A stretch of DNA of 64,000 bases from NCBI GenBank assembly GCA_002633005.1, contig NMRA01000051.1, positions 809,273 through 873,272 of the forward strand, read 5' to 3'. The notes below the pieces were generated by a model. It was not told the origin of the DNA, did no database searches, and worked only from the letters and a program-made list of their open reading frames with translations. This stretch comes from Phoronis australis (Eukaryota; Animalia; Phoronida). A program made the position numbers and the translations under genes. This document shows, piece after piece, positions 1-14,629 of the stretch. Position 1 is the first letter of the stretch. Each line of letters begins with the position of its first letter.

Positions 1-460
1 AACACCTGAAAATCGAGATAGTTCGTCGCCACTAGCTTAAATTTAAACTCATCTTTGCAGGTATGTACTCTCAGCGTTGTATGTAACCAAGAGGTGTGTG
101 AATCGACATCTGCTGGCGCACATTTCAGCAGCAGTGGCGAGGCCTAGTGGAGTGTAGACGGCGTACGTTGACGCAATACACCACCTTTTTATTGCTATCG
201 TGTACTCACCGTTACAGCCTTAATACACCGGTTTTAGCCGGGTACAGTATCGATATGCTGGTAAACACTGCCAGCGGTGCTTTGGCGTCACGTAGATGTA
301 GCATGAAAAGATGGATAGCGTTGACAAACCGAGTTTACGGAACATTTTAAAATCGTACCTTTGTAGACAGTAGCCTACTGGTCCTCTTGCGTCAGTACTT
401 ATACTTGAACCAAAAAACCAATAACCTTGGTTTGGTAAATGAGCTAATATTATATTTCAG

Positions 461-826
461 GACTGGGTTCTAATCTTTGTACTTGAAATCGAACTCAAAG
501 TTACTTTTGAATTTCCCATTTTTGTGAGCACCGTCTATTATTCTGCGCTCGAGTACATCATGGCTTACGTGGATGACCATCTGATCCTAGTTTGCACTTG
601 GTGACTCCACTCCAAGGTAAAGCTAGAAGTTCAAGTCTGAACTCGGAATCTCGATTTTTCTCGAAATCTCGAGTTTTACTACACACTCTTCAGCGAAAAC
701 CATGTTATACTCTAGCAGAAAATAACAGGCATTTTCCTTGAGTTCGTCGGTATGACAAAGTAGAGCGCAACTTGTCGAGGATAATTTGGAGTGCGATTTT
801 GAGTGCAAAGATTAGATCCTGGGCAC
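461..826. mobile_element. MITE family A, copy 1 (~35-bp imperfect TIRs, possibly PIF/Harbinger-type)
   Basis: Left end gactgggttctaatctttgtacttgaaatcgaactc matches the reverse complement of the right end gagtgcgattttgagtgcaaagattagatcctgggcac. Internal sequence (tattattctgcgctcgagtacatcatggcttacgtggatgac) recurs near 51516 and, inverted, near 14940. Confidence 0.7.
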
Positions 827-3800
827 TTGTCTGCAGGAAAATACGTGAGTGAGCTAAGCTATTGCACGTGTATTCTAAAAAGTAATAATAATATAAGAAC
901 ACAGAACAAGCACATGAATTATGATAATGCATAAACGCACATGATGCAACTTCAGGAATGAGAAGTGTATAAAAACGTAAGTTGTGGAGCACGTCATAGC
1001 AGAATCTATACAGGTATCTTGTTTTGCTGTTGTACAGTTTTCGTCCAATAAGTAAAGATGAAGTCAAGGGCACGTGCTCGTTGAGAATGTGCAGAACATT
1101 TATGCCGCTTGTCATACATCAGTATTTTACAAGAGCACTCGGAGGCCAAAAATTTGAAATTCAAACTAAAATAAAAAGATAAAGTAAATTTTAATTGATT
1201 GTTATAATTGGAGAAGAGAGGTGCGTTGTTTTATCCTCTTTGATTTTTCCCCTAAATTAAAAAAGTTGGAAACGCCAAAATTGAAGCCCCTGGTACTGAC
1301 CAGCTCCACATCACGGTCATCTAATTATCGACAATTTGGGAAAACTAAACCTGCCAAGTCGGCGATTGTTCCGGATCACAACTTTTATTTTCTGAGCAAC
1401 GCAAAAACGAAACAACGAACCATTGTCACCGAAACATGCACATTTATCAATTCGCGTCCAATAGCCTACCAGGTTGTGAAGGTAAGGCAAGGTATGAATG
1501 AGTGCAATGCAATCGTGTCATTATACAGCGCATGCGTGAATCTTGAACTCCTGATAGAACACGTGACATCGGATTTGTAGTTACTCTGCACTAGCGTGGC
1601 GAGTTACTTAACTCTGTGCTCTGCATTCTAGCGTTTTCCTCTGTAAGGCAAGTCTAATGATCAATCCATCATTTTAATTCACTCTTGCTCAGCGCCCTCT
1701 CTTCGGTCTGTGAGTTGATTGAGAGTACTCGACCTCGATCCCCCGCAAACATGTGCTGTAGTAATTAAGCAAGTAAGTTAAATAGCACCTGAATCAGATT
1801 TACCATTAGTGAGGGGGGAGGGGCGGATGAAAATACAAAGCTACTTCAATTTAAATTTTTTGTTTTCTACTTTAGTTTACGGTTACATGGAACCATCAAA
1901 AAATAAATGGCTGACTGGATTCATCTGAACTAACTTTGAGATATCATGCATTATGCGTTGTTCTTCAAAACGCTCTCAAGAATAAATTGTTTTTAAAATC
2001 GTCCACTTCTGCATGAGGGGTTATCCAAAATGGGACCTTTATGATTTTTTAATGAAAAAATTCAAAAGCTGCATAAAACGAACACTAAATGATAATTTTG
2101 AAAACTCTGACAGCATTTTGTGATCTCTTGCCACATTTTTTGAATGAAATTTAGTCATGTTATCGACATCCTTGTTTTGCTATAGATGTACTGTCTTTTC
2201 TGCTAAATTTTACCAAAAACATGGTCACGTGATCCTATTGATAACAGATTGGTATTAAGTCCAAAACCAAATGAATACTTTTACTCAATTAAATTTTAAA
2301 GTTTTTTTAGATATTTGGATAAATACACCAACAAGTCGATAAGGTCTTACTTAAATTTTTATGGTGTTTTAACAAATTAACACTTCTGTAGCCCCACTTG
2401 AACAGTTACAAAGGCGATAGACAGATTGCTTTAGTATCTTCGCGGGGGTTCACCCTGTAGGAATTATATAAAGTCGGCGGTATGAACTAGTGGGCGTTGG
2501 TGAGTGTTAACACCTTAGTCTACATTGATTTCTGCGGGAAAGTCAATCATACCTCGAGTTTCTCAGGGTTTTGGTCAGTTTTTCTTTTTAGTTATGCCTA
2601 AATATTGCGCAATGCCGAAACGCATTTGCGCTTCTGTTTGGCTCCGTTCGAGCAAATCATAAACGAGGGCAATTGTAGATGGATAATCTCTCACAAAATT
2701 GCTGCTTTTACAACTTAGTCGTTTCCGCCAAAATAGTCCAGAAGCAATAACTTTTTCCCTCCTCGGAATGTGGGTTCTGTGTTTTTAAACCACCCTCTAT
2801 ATTGGGTTTATAGTTTCGATAAAATCAGAAGCGAATGGGGTTTAACCAATTCCTTTGAGATCGGTCAATGTCTTTTTAGTGGTTAGTTAGGCGAAATGGC
2901 CTCTGTGCTCAAGTAAAAGTCCGCTATCATCATTTGCGGTTCTCCTCGATTCTTAAAGGAACTGACAAGCAGGGCCTTTCGCGGTGAGCAGCCGCGAGAC
3001 CCATAAGGGGTTAATGCCGGCAGTACACTGGAGGTCAGTTATACAATGCAAGTCTACAATGTTTATCGTGTGCGCAAAGCTGTGCACTGTACGCGAAGCT
3101 TCAATTGTCATAGTCGCGTGTGCCTATAAATTAGGAATATTTGAGTATAGACAATTTGAGCGCAATTTTAAGACAACGAACTGTATGAACCGAAGAACCA
3201 GTTGAAAGTGTAGCATTTTATATTTAAACCCGTCCCCGGTCATTCGTTTATGCATCCCGCCAATGCGGCTAGTCCCCATCACCCTTTTGCGCCACTGGGA
3301 AATGTCGGTCGTTTGTTTTTTGATTTTATGAAAATATATTCGGGCAATGACGAGCTCATTAGCGCTCAGCACTGACTTCCGTGATCCTCGCACCCATTTC
3401 CCTTTCATGCGCTTGTTCGAGCTACGGTCGCAGTCTGCCAGCGAACACAACCCACTGACACGTGTAAGTTCAAATCGGTGGGCCCACTACTGTTAAGATA
3501 TTTTTATTATTCTCGGTAATGTCCAGTTTGTCTGATAATATCCTAATGACGTATTCGGCAGAACAAGGTGCTACGTACAAAAGAAGGGATAATTCTTTTG
3601 TGATTTACCCCTACAACAACGTAAATCAGGTCAAGCCGAAATCGTAAACTCCAGACTGTAATCATTAATCAACTTAACCGCGGTGAATCTTCCGTTGAGG
3701 CAATTATTGAAATCTATTCAATCCATGATGGTGTGAACGTGTTTAATGAGGAATATAAACCGAAGGTTTGAAACACCTAAAACATGAACCATGCGCAACA

Positions 3801-4890
3801 TTGCATCGATGTAGGACTGCCTGTAAGCAGCCAGGGCTGCGTACCGTAGGCGCATGAAATGCAAAAACGCTAGATCAAGTCTTTGTGAGATATCACCAGG
3901 TGTTGCAAACGAATCACATGATTACGCTACCTTATCTCGTAGTCCAGATTTGAATAGTCGTTACCAGAGCGACATTGAATTTGGTTTATTCCGCTATGCG
4001 CTCTCATTTTCATAAAACTTGCTTAAGAGTACAACAAAACAGTTGATCAAAATGTACCCAACAGCGCACCTATTGTTCTGGATATGAAGTAAAACCGTAC
4101 GAAAATCAGAAATACACACCACACATTGGACAGGTAAAGAATGCTCATTGTAATCAGAATTCCACATTTTGTTGATTTTTTAAAGTTATATTCATCATTT
4201 CAGTTTCGACGTGAAAGGCCAAAGGGCACAGTTATTTCAGGTCTATTTTCTAAAAATTGGTTCGGTTGCACAGTGAGATATTTTTGTTTCTCAAACTTCC
4301 AAAAAAAACACAAAATGACAATGTCTCTTTTTTCACATTCTAAACACTGACGCGCTTCCTGTGCTCGTGTCGACCGTGGAATGGGGCGCGATTTCATGTG
4401 CTTTTGTCGACCGGAGGTTAGCCAGTGCATTTGTGGAAGTATATACAGCCTGTTTGTAGCAAAAAGAATCTCAATACCCTGCCTGTATTTATAGTCATTG
4501 ACGGCAAATCAGGAGGTGATTGCGGCTGGCATTGCAATTTTGTTAGTTTCTATTACTACATATGCATATAATTGTAAACGATAACGTCGTGAGGAAGCTT
4601 GCCAATATTGCACCAGATGAGCTTGTTTTAAAAACCTTTCTTGCATCTGTTAATAATTCGAAGACTGTCTAAACCTGATGCAGGCGGTCGATTTTAGTGA
4701 GTAGTGAGGTGCAGGTTTCAAAACCAGTGAGGACGCAGGCTAGAACTCATCTTGAGGTTCATGTGTCTAAATACAGACTGGTTGGTAGCCTGGGGTTGCC
4801 GATGCATTACTAAACGCACCCCTGCCACCTGCACGTGAGGTCCACTCTGTGTTTTCGTTCTTTTAGTGTCGTCCGGGGGCGATTGTCTGG

Positions 4891-5350
4891 GATGGTTGAT
4901 TGATTGGTTCATTGGTTGATAGATTGATTGACTGATTGATTTAGCATGAACCGATCATAAAAACACTAGTACACAACATTTCAATACAACACGTAACAGC
5001 AACAACTGATAAAGATAGACGAATACTCAAACAGGCAGACAAACTAAAATAAGAATGAGACATAAGCAAGAAGTAGAAAGGAACAACCCATTTAATGATA
5101 ATACGAAAAAGTAGTTTTCGCCCTATATAGTGATTTGAATAACGAGCTTACCTTAAACAATAAATAGATACATGGATGAATAAACACATAAACAAATAAC
5201 TGAGGCTTGTGGAGGGACAGACTACGATAAAGTCACAGAGAAGATGCTAATGGGGTTAACAATGTGATGCATTTACAAATATAAAAGATGCTTCAATCAT
5301 AATTGGGAAATTAAATGAATATTAGTTGGCTTGGCTCCAGCATATCTCAA
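4891..5350 (-). mobile_element. Degenerate 3' end of a CR1/L2-type LINE with (AATC)n tail
   Basis: Minus strand reads agatatgctggagccaag (RYAGAK), similar to the C-terminus of CR1/L2 ORF2. It is followed by AT-rich sequence and a (GATT)n tract at 4891-4940 on the + strand. Confidence 0.4.
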
Positions 5351-5599
5351 CCGAAAATTCATTAGCAGTCATGCTGTATATTCTACACGTTATTCTGTTG
5401 CTGGTAATGTTTCTTTAAAAAAAAATAAAACCAAGACCGGCAAGAGATCTTTTATTTATGCTGCTGCTGCAATATACAGTAGAACTCTCTCAGCCCAGAA
5501 ATGAAACGGCCACATTCAATTAATACTTATAAAGTTAATATCAAAAAGGGATTGTAATTTACTTACCCATTCTTACATCTTACCTGTCTTAATTATGTC

Positions 5600-5906
5600 A
5601 TTTTTCATTACTGCAAATACTCTCACTATTTAGTATCATCTCTTCATTTATTTCATCTCTCTTAGTCAAATTTTTCATCGTCCTTCGCCGTGTATTTATT
5701 ATCTAAATTCTCAACCTGTTTTAATTGTTTCTTTGTTACATGTATTTAATTAATGTTTTACTACTTTATTGTATTATATTACTGTTTATGTTTTGTTGTT
5801 GAGGGCCCTCTTGGAAAGCAGTGATGTCACTGAAGAGGCCATCCTCATTTTTAATATTGCAATAAATAAATAAATAAATGAATAAATAAATAAATAAATA
5901 AATAAA
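5600..5906 (+). mobile_element. LINE/SINE 3' end with stem-loop and (TAAA)n tail
   Basis: A T-rich tract is followed by a hairpin-forming segment gagggccctcttggaaagcagtgatgtcactgaagaggccatcctc, then (TAAA)n at 5861-5906. Confidence 0.5.
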
Positions 5907-6639
5907 TGTTAGTTGTCTACAGTTGGTGTTGAAGTTTTAGGGGGTTTCTGTTCTTCTGGAGTCTATTGTTAGGCTGTTCTATTGTTTGACACCGGAGTAA
6001 TGAACGAAGAACTTGCCGACACTTTTGCATGAGGTCAGTTGAATTTGTGGAGAACCACTGTGGGTATTAGGGCGAGGATATCAATGGGTACCAATGAAGT
6101 TCAGGTATAAGGGAGAACTATTCTAGTTTAGAGACCGTGCATCAGACGCGACTTCGGGAGATCATAGTTCTTGAGCTATATTGACAGCCAATAATTTTAC
6201 CCGAGAGAGCTTGTTTGCGCCAATGTTTGGTCTATACTGTATACATGTATGGTAAGTTTGAAGAGATTGAACATGCATGGATGGTTAGATCAAGGGCAAG
6301 AGTTCTCTGTAGCTGCCTAGCATGTTTCTATCATTTGGGTATGATGAATACAAAGTGGAGACGCGTGGCACTGTTGTGTCCTAAATTTCACTGTACAGAA
6401 GTGACGGAACAAATGCCCATTTTTAAACACGATCGACAACTCTGTATATCTGGATGATCACGAAAAACTAGTTTTCTAGAAATTAACTTGTATTGGCAAA
6501 ATGAATCAATAGCAAACATTTGTACGGTGGGTGAAATGTCGTAGCGCTATTTTGTCTCTATGTCAATGTGAGAATAATTTTCACCATAGCTAATTGAACG
6601 ACGTGTGTTGATCGATTGGCAGTAAGCGAGCGCGTGTAT

Positions 6640-7046
6640 TCAGTTAGCTATCGTCTGCCTCTTGTCGACGCAGACGTTTTGTCAGCTTGCCGTCATATCC
6701 TACCCCACGATAACTGAATCGGTGGGAAGTATATTTATGCGTCTGCTATTCATACTGGATTTATGTCGCGCGTAAAAACTCCAATTCATTACAAATGGAT
6801 TGTGCACGGAGTTTCAAGTACTTAATTAACCTGTAGTAGCGAGCAGCGGATCTTCATTACAAACACGGCTGACGTAAACAGGTGAAAATGACTCTCGCTT
6901 ACGTCGGATAGCCAGCACTACGTTCACGAGACTTCCATTGACTTAATTGCCAAGTTCACAATTCAATCAAAGCTGTTGCAGTGATATCTGCTATTGCAAA
7001 AGAATTTAGTGCAAGCCCTTGGATTATTTGATACCACAAGGTAAGT
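6640..7046 (+). promoter_or_regulatory. Candidate promoter and non-coding first exon ending in a consensus splice donor
   Basis: ATTGG at 6615, Inr-like TCAGTT at 6640, and a perfect AAG|GTAAGT donor at 7040/7041. The segment shows no repeat similarity elsewhere in the window. The link to the ankyrin gene is inference. Confidence 0.35.
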
Positions 7047-9734
7047 ATTTTCAAAACCTTGGACTGTAAACGCGTACATTTTGATGTGATTTATGGGCAC
7101 AGAGGGTTACCCTACGGTCAAGATTCAGCAAAAGAGAAATGATAAGCCGCATGCCGTTTTTTAGGGCTTGCGAGGACATTTTTCCTTTGAAAATTGTTGT
7201 TGGCCTCCCTCACGACATCCTACTCTTATATTCGTCAGAGTAGTTAGTTTTGTCTGAGCGCCGTGTGCATTTTGCGGATAAAGGTTGGTATGCTACGTCT
7301 TGTGAGGCGAAAATGTACATAAACAACCGGGAGAGCATTTGTTTAAAATTACGTTGTCGGCCAGCACGTTCAGTGTCAAAACTACCTGGAACACTTCGAT
7401 TAGAATTGTGCCAGTCATCTGATAACTTTTCTTGTAGATGGAACTTCTTCACAGGTGTTATTTATATTGTTAATTTTAAACATATTGAGACAACGTTTGA
7501 GCCTTTGTTTGCTTAGTATGAGGTTCATAGCATCGAATAGCCATGTTCAAAGTTGTCTTGAAGAATTCAGTCATGAACACAGCCGGAAAGAACTGCTAGC
7601 TACGAGGAAAACGGATAGTTTTTAATTGAAAGTTCCTCTTTACAAAACGATACCAGTCGTTCTTCATGACGGATGTGGTAGAAATTTTATTATCTAAATA
7701 TCCAATTGATATTTTCCAAATAGTGTACATTGGTTTTAAGAGGAATGTCGTCTTCTAACGTAAGTTTAATAGCACATGCTTCTCCCAGATGTTTAGGTGG
7801 TCGATTTAGTACTATTGCATTAAAGAAGCGCTGTGCCAACAATGAACATCAGTAATTCCAGTCATGCGAATTTTCACAAAGGTTGCTTCTATTTTTACTA
7901 GAAGTCCTCCATGTGTGGTCAAATCCTTGGGCAGACAATATCCGCTCGACATTCTTAATGAGTGATAATTTTACTTGTATTTGTTAATTGTAACTATAGT
8001 GTTAATTGTTCTCGTTCTTCGCGTCTCAAAATACCATACAATGAAAGTTCCAAACCGGAGTGCGACAGCTACATGTACTGGGCGGAGCCCGAGGGTGCGA
8101 CACTCTTCCAGTAAAAATCGATTAGTTGGGCAGAGTGAAAATGTGTCATTTGCACGAAAAGTATGTGAGTCAAAATTATTGACGACAGCGAGTTGGGGGT
8201 GACGAGAGACATGTGACACATGTGTGTAACATCTATTGTTGAGTGTGTGACGAACCTATTTTGTTTGACCAGTGTGGATGGAGAATTAGAATGACAAATT
8301 TCACCCACACTCCCGCAATGTGTAAGCAAGAGTACAGCCGCCCTGTCGAAACTTAGAAGCGATGGCAATAACTTTGAACGGTTATATGTCACTAGCCGAC
8401 GTTTTTATACAAGACACGCGAATTCCTTGGGGAACTTCTCTATTCNNNNNNNNNNNNNNNNNNNNNNNNNNNNNNNNNNNNNNNNNNNNNNNNNNNNNNN
8501 NNNNNNNNNNNNNNNNNNNNNNNNNNNNNNNNNNNNNNNNNNNNNNNNNNNNNNNNNNNNNNNNNNNNNNNNNNNNNNNNNNNNNNNNNNNNNNNNNNNN
8601 NNNNNNNNNNNNNNNNNNNNNNNNNNNNNNNNNNNNNNNNNNNNNNNNNNNNNNNNNNNNNNNNNNNNNNNNNNNNNNNNNNNNNNNNNNNNNNNNNNNN
8701 NNNNNNNNNNNNNNNNNNNNNNNNNNNNNNNNNNNNNNNNNNNNNNNNNNNNNNNNNNNNNNNNNNNNNNNNNNNNNNNNNNNNNNNNNNNNNNNNNNNN
8801 NNNNNNNNNNNNNNNNNTCACCCCCTCCCTCCTTCACCTCCTCCCTCCCTCCTCCTATTACGCCCTCCCCCCGTCTCAGCAATTAGACAACCCATGTGAA
8901 AATAATTTAATGGCACCAATTATAGCAACACAAATTATAGCGATATTGATAATGACGGCAATGGTTACTAATCATAAATTTTGATGCTTCAGTAATTATA
9001 ATAATCACGATGTTAATTAATAACAGAATGACAACAAATTGACAATATAACACGGTGGTAGTATTATTGGTAATAACAAAATTATGAATGTCTATTTTGA
9101 CCAGAACATTAATAGAAATCAAAAGTCAGACGTCTGACACTGTACAGGAATAGAATTTGAGCGTTGACGTTTTATTTTAATAACCATAAATGTTGTAGTA
9201 ATTATAGTACTGATGATATTGGGTAATAACCTGTAGGACAAATACACGTACAACAGTGTACACTGGCGATGAGACGACTGTCGGCGCCAATAACAATGAC
9301 GAAGACTTGCGAGTGTAACTCAATGGGCGAGGAATTGAAACTAGGTATGTCCAAAGCTCCAAATCAAAGCTAGCAGTGGTTCTTAGTTGTAACTATTGCA
9401 TTTAGGGGTGTCTGGCATCCGTTATGATCGACATTGTTTTAACTGGTTAACCACGGACACCACGAGTTGTTGTAATAAGTGCTGCCGGAACCGCACCTGA
9501 ACAGTATTCAATCATTTCATTAGCAAACGACAAAGCAAAAATTCTAAACATTTCTTTGAAACGATTTCATATAAATTCAAAGATTGAAGATACCATGGAA
9601 GTCACCCGCGTTTGGCCAAGCAGGCTTGTCCTACGACAATTTTCGAAACTTTATTTGAGAATATGTTTTAAATGTAGAATTACACAACTTGTGAGCTAAA
9701 ATATTTGTCCCCATCCGCGTGAGATTATACACTT

Positions 9735-10711
9735 CAGGATGTCCCAAAGTATTGGGAGTCTGACTTGCTTGCACATAGGATCACTCAGATTTTCATGAAT
9801 ATGATTGGTAACACTTAGCATTTACATGTATCTCATCGATACACCAATGTTATTAATACCTATAAAGATTCAGTACTTTGGACTTTGAAATATGCACACA
9901 TCGAAAGGGGTTTTTTCCTCACTTTTTGTATCTGTTACTGTGCCCCCTCAATGATCATGAGCTTATGCAGAGGTGGTCTAGTCAGAAATCGCAGTAAGCA
10001 AAGGCAAATTCTCACCTTTGATTAGTCACGCAAGTGTGTGATTGTAACCTGTGTTACGCAAATCAGTTAAAAACTCGGATGGTATCCTCCTGGGTGCCGG
10101 AAATCACACCCTTAAGACTTGTCAACATGGTTGGAGTGCAATTTCATTTGGTCGCAGGTACTTGATCATTTATTCAATCCACCTAAGTTTTTAAGATAGT
10201 ATGTTCAAGTATCCAAGCACCAAATGCAAATTAAAACTATTTGGCGTGTCGTTAGGACGAAATTACAGGGAGGACAATGCTTAAAAGAAGAACACGGTGT
10301 GGGCGGAGCGCGATGATTCAAGTATTGTCCCGATCGTCGGAATGCACGTCTTCTGTTGATGGACATTTCGAGTGAAATTAGTGATAATTCAAATACCTTT
10401 TGACCTTTAAAGCAGTCATGATAAAACTGATATTCCTCTCCACCAATAACTTTGATCGCTTCTTTCCATTAACACATCAAGCACTATTTCTAGAATGTTT
10501 TCAGAGGGGAGAAATAGGCAATAACTTATGGGTGTCCATGATCTAAAATTCATGAAAACTACATTTTTTAAAAAGAATTTTTTAATAGTGAGAAGTGAAA
10601 TACGTAGCAATAATTCAAATATCGTTTTAAGCCATTTTCATTAATGTTTGTGCTAGGCGTCCAACTACACTGCATGGATATCCAAAGAGCCAATACTTTT
10701 GAAACACCCTG
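9735..10711. mobile_element. Tc1/mariner-type non-autonomous element (degenerate)
   Basis: Left caggatgtcccaaagtattgg compares with right-end reverse complement cagggtgtttcaaaagtattgg. The right end is followed by TA. Confidence 0.5.
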
Positions 10712-12247
10712 TATAATTCCAAAGAATACCCCACTCCGAGATTGACTGAATAGTTTTGAGAACAATATAATCGTACTTTGTTAAAAGTTATGGGTAGTTT
10801 ACTATGTGTGATCGACATTAGCAATATGTAAAACTAATTCTGTATCTGGGTATAATTATCTCAGTCGTATTTGAAAACGGAATAGGCTACTTTTGTTGTC
10901 TAACACTGACCCCACGTCAATGATGGATTTTCGCAAACCCAATTGCATGTTTCTGTCCACCTTTCTCGCAGAGTTTTTAGAATGTTGTGTGTTTGTGTTT
11001 TGTCGTCTGAATGCTCGGCAGTTATGGTTTTGTTAACAAGAATAACAGCGATGCTAGGAGTGACAATTACAGTGAATGATTCCTTTAGAATCTTGGCGAT
11101 GTTAAACACATAAAACAAAATTTGTTTAGGTGATTACAGCCGTTAAGTTGATGACAGCAACGGAAACGGTCCCATACATCTTATTGTGAACTTCAACCTT
11201 GCAGAAGCCCACAATAAGATTATGAGAACCAAAGAGAACCTCCAAAATTACGCGCTGCAAATCAGAAGGGCATTTTGCTTGTATATCGTTTGATGTCAGC
11301 AACAGATTTTCTACACTACGGTGTTGTTTAAAGAGTTATCTTCTTTGAAGCCTTTCAAAGTGTACACTGCGATAGAATTAAACTCACTTGTTCCATGTTC
11401 CGATTGTGTTAACGTTCACACAGCGACTCGCCCAGGAACTTGTTCATATGTAATAATTTACATTGCTTCCTGAAGTGGAGCAAACCGGGTACTCGAATGG
11501 GGCTATTCGGGAAATCTGCAATAACTAGAGGGCGTGCGTGTACTAGTGGTGATAGATTAACAGCCNTTGTCCACGAATATAGTAACCTTAGGTCTTTTGG
11601 GAATTTGTGGCCACCTGCCGAAGACTAGCACCAGGGAAATTAGCAGTAATAAGGCTTAGCGCGACGACGTATTTTGATAAAAATTCCATCTTTTACCAGT
11701 TGTTTACATGCAGACAGCCACGCATGCGCAATTCAATCACCACTAGTGCAGCAGCGACACCTTGAGGAGAATTCTCCGAATAGCCCCATTGTGAAGCCTG
11801 TGAAGCTGATCCGGAACAGTGACGTTTGCGCCAGAATAATTTGCATTTATTAAAACGTACGTCCGACTTTATTGTAATGTGAACGTGGTATAAACAATTT
11901 ATAATAAAATTCATGTTGTTACGTGCACAGATCAGTTTCTTGATCTTCATGTCTTATAAAGAAGTTTGTTGGAAAGGTTGTCACTTTCCCCATATTTCTT
12001 CTCAGAGATCTATTTTAAGTTTCCAAAATAAAAACGAAAACAAATTGCGAAATTTCTATATCTTTACTTATTATTATGTTCACGGCGACAAACGCAACAT
12101 GTTCGTAGATTATGACTGGCAGGTCGCGTCTTGTGTAGTTTGACCTATGGTAGCACTGAGTGAAGCCGCGGACAGTTCTGCAGACCATATTTGGTGTAGA
12201 CCAGGATTGGCGTAAATTTTGAGGTTGACGTTACTAGTGCATGTGGA

Positions 12248-12370
12248 GGAGGCAGTGTGGCCTGGTTGACTAAGTGCCCGCTTTCTTTACTGGAGGTCGT
12301 GGGTTCGAGTCTCACTAGGTCACACTACTAGGCCCTTGAGCCAGGTTTCTAGCTCCTCAGCTCGGTTTTA
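12248..12370 (+). mobile_element. tRNA-derived SINE head
   Basis: A-box-like TGGCCTGGTTGA and B-box GGTTCGAGTCT at tRNA spacing, followed by a gcccttgagc central segment. It does not form a complete cloverleaf. Confidence 0.6.
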
Positions 12371-13403
12371 ATCTTATATTAAAAAGCATAAAAATATTTC
12401 CAGGTGATTAGTGCCATGGGCCCACATGCGAGGCCTGCGCACGTCTGGTACAACGTGTAGCAGACCGACTGCAATTATTTTTTTTACTAGTACATTTAGG
12501 TTCAGTCAATCTGGCTCGCTTTTATTTGTGAACACGTAGGGGATGAGACTAATCCATAGCATCGGCCCGTAGCGACTGGGAAATCTGCTGTGATTGCAGG
12601 TAGCTCTTAAACAACTCAGAACCGCAAAAAAGAGTTGGATGGCAGCACTTTTGTATCACGTTTTTGGAATCTGTAGGAAAGTTGCTTACAGAATCTAATG
12701 TTGGCTTACATGTATGTCCGGCATTGACACGTTTTTGCAACCTTTTTCGAACCCTCGCTTCCTAGTTTTTCGTTGGAGGTGCAAAGGTAAAAATATGAGA
12801 CTGCATTGTCTACATTTGTAGCTGTTTTGATGAAAAACGACTCACAGCTTTTCATTTTGCTCATAGAGATTTTGTCTGGGTAGAAGAAAGACAGCCGCGA
12901 TACCAGGCATAACCCAGTGAGAACTGTGCAGTGCCTCCTATAGCCGAAACCACTACATCAGCGTGGCTTTGTCAGTACGGTAACACTTGGTAATGTGATA
13001 TTTGCAGATCGAATGAGAAACGTTTGCAGATCAAATGAGAAACGTCTATGCCGTGCATAGGTTTCCATTAGCACCACATCTGCACTTTCTCATTAGTTAC
13101 AGTGTGACTACAGTGAACATGTAGATTAATGTATTTTATCATTCTAGGTGACCGAGCATTTAGAAAAATAATTATGGCTTGTCCAGTTTCGTTGTGTATT
13201 TGGCTAATTTGTATGCAGATCAGTGATCCAAGCAGTTGCGCAGTTCAGGAAAGAAATTCCCCAGTGAACATGGCAGCCATGACTAAATTGTCAATAATTC
13301 ATTCGCTTTGCTGTGGAAGCGTTTTCACGAATGTGATAACGAACAGATATCTATAAGCAGGTGTGCACACGAGTGTGAATTCGAAATGCTGTAAAAAACT
13401 GGC

Positions 13404-13505
13404 CATCGTCGCCATCATTACAGTCGTCACCATAATAGATGCCACTATCATCGCCATCAACATCATAGCCGTCACCATCACCATCACCACACCTACCACC
13501 ATCAC
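13404..13505. repeat. Degenerate (CAT/CAC)n microsatellite
   Basis: Direct reading of the sequence. Confidence 0.8.
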
Positions 13506-13506
13506 C

Positions 13507-13640
13507 CAGGGGCGGATCCGGGATATTAAGCTAGGGGGCAGGGCAGAGTATTAGCCAGAATTTTGAGACATTCGCAACCCCCAACTGCCAAATGGAATCT
13601 GGGAGAATTTTAGGGGCGTCCATGGCCCCATGCCCCCACC
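13507..13640 (+). mobile_element. CAGGGGCGGATCC-type (hAT-like) MITE fragment, copy 1
   Basis: ggggcggatcc...gcagggcagagtattagccag...gacattcgca...aactgccaa...gaatctgggagaattttagggg is shared with 43349-43468. Confidence 0.7.
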
Positions 13641-14629
13641 CCCATGTCCACCACTGTCACCACCACCAACGTCCTCATCAGCATATTATCGCATTATCTT
13701 CTCCTAATCCTCCTTCTTCTTCATTTTCTTCACCTTGTTCTTCTTTCTTCTTTTTCTTAATCACCTGTGTTAGATTATCAAAGAAATTACAAATACACTG
13801 AAACGAGGAATCTGGGCACTGCACTTTATGTCAGGTAAATCCGTTTATCACTTATCAGCTGCTTACAAATGCATATTCCCTTCGGCGACTCACACTCGAT
13901 TTACGTAAAGCAGACTCCGGTTATAAGTTTAAAAGAGGTTAGTTGCATCGCAGTTTGCAAAAAGACAGAAATGTCCAGCTGGCAACTCCTAATGTTTTTG
14001 AGAAGCACATTTAGGATCGTTTTCTTGGCGTTCTGGGTTAATTTGTTTATGTTTTAAACTGTTAAGAGATAATGCACGTGCAGTTCACGTGGAACGATTC
14101 TCACACATAGGATCTATTTTTGGAATTTGAAAATGCGATATCTAAGAAAGCATATATTATATTGCTAAAATTTAGGAAGTCTCTTACAGAAATGAAAACG
14201 CAAGTGAAATAGATAATATTTATGTTCCACATATGTCCTAATGGTAAAGAACATGACGTGATGTTTTGTCCATTTAAGTTTGGAAAAATAAAAAATCGCC
14301 CACAGATGAAAACGTAAATGAAGTTTTATAACCGACTTGTGTCACATGGTAAAAACTACGTGATGTTCCGTCCTTTAAAATTTGAAATAAATCAAACTAA
14401 ATGTTTTTTAAAACATCTCAGATGCTTTTACAACACGAGTACATGTATATTAAGTTCCAAAAATGTTACGGCGAGAAAGACAAAACCAGTACGAAAAATG
14501 CTTGAAAGATTATTGCTAAATCAAAAAGACAATTGTATAATTGTTTGGTAGCACATTACTTGTTCAAACACAGGTTGCGCCATTTTTGAACAAACGTAAC
14601 TGACAAATTTGACTAAATTAAAACATCAG

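Noticed and set aside
2507-3013. Possible piggyBac-like MITE ending taaggggTTAA
   Set aside because: The left TIR match (ttaacacctta) is too short to support.
8362-8984. Long ORFs containing X runs (also at 34454-34922 and 62708-63646)
   Set aside because: Artefacts of N gaps and flanking microsatellites.
12248-12325. Possible tRNA gene (also 55893-55962 and ~57195-57255, minus strand)
   Set aside because: A/B boxes are present but the stems do not form a cloverleaf, so these are treated as SINE or TE-derived heads.
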